From Candidatus Eiseniibacteriota bacterium (GTDB taxonomy: Bacteria; Orphanbacterota; Orphanbacteria; Orphanbacterales; Orphanbacteraceae): 36,372 nt of DNA. The position numbers and the translations under genes were made by a program. The stretch is from positions 1 to 36,372 of the forward strand of contig JBDROZ010000121.1 in assembly GCA_043809585.1 (NCBI GenBank). Direction: 5' to 3'. Positions 36,106-36,372 of the stretch are shown here, one piece after another (position 1 is the stretch's first letter; each line of letters opens with the position of its first letter). The notes below the pieces were generated by a model. That model saw only the letters and a program-made list of their open reading frames with translations, had not been told where the DNA came from and searched no databases.

Positions 36106-36183
36106 TAGCCTGGATTATGCATGAATCTCCGTCACGAGGGATCGGATCGCCTGACGAGAAGCTGACTTGCACCCTTCGCGCTG

Positions 36184-36370
36184 CCGCGCTCCGGGTACTC
36201 CCGGCGCCGACCCGCCGTCGCTTCGCTCCGACGGGTACCCCGGCGCGGTCGGACTTCCGCCACCGGAGGCGTAGTCATAAGAGCCTCCCCCCGGGCGCTA
36301 CCACTTATCGCTCCTAGCCGTCGCGATAAGTCCAAGCGCCCGACGGGCCCCGTCGAGGAGGCGGCGAAGG
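36184..36370. repeat. Cluster of nested REP-like hairpins, probably truncated by the window edge
   Basis: CCGTCG/CGACGG (36215-36234) lies inside a CGCG..CCGGGTAC/GTACCCCGGCGCG stem. GGGCGCT..ACTTATCGC pairs with GCGATAAGT..AGCGCCC (36293-36341). Confidence 0.6.
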
Positions 36371-36372
36371 AA

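Overview
A GC-rich bacterial chromosomal segment. Two secreted proteases with FlgD-Ig/T9SS-like C-terminal domains hint at an FCB-adjacent lineage such as Eisenbacteria, Latescibacterota or Krumholzibacteriota (inference only). Gene order: a tandem pair of DUF1670-like genes of foreign composition, a DUF6125-like protein, M28 peptidase, SlyD-like PPIase, cysK-cysE, SGNH hydrolase, an IS1634-family element, a LarA-family racemase with a DUF362 partner, a GT39/TPR membrane protein, an FAD/Fe-S 2-hydroxyacid dehydrogenase, a PTS-IIA/tnaA/dsbD cluster, an Ig-repeat protein, an outer-membrane barrel, trpS, a SPOR protein, a WcaJ-N/GT4 fusion, galT and an M36/M4 peptidase. The best find is missing from the ORF track: a 26-codon leader peptide with four consecutive Cys codons (6480-6560) inside a complete trp-style attenuator (protector, antiterminator, intrinsic terminator) directly upstream of cysK-cysE, i.e. 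a predicted cysteine-sensing transcriptional attenuator. Also notable are the DUF1670 module, a ~175-nt repeat with compensatory base changes between copies, several palindromic MITE/REP-like elements at stop codons, and the unusual glycosyltransferase fusion. All family calls come from motif recognition by eye; no database searches were run.
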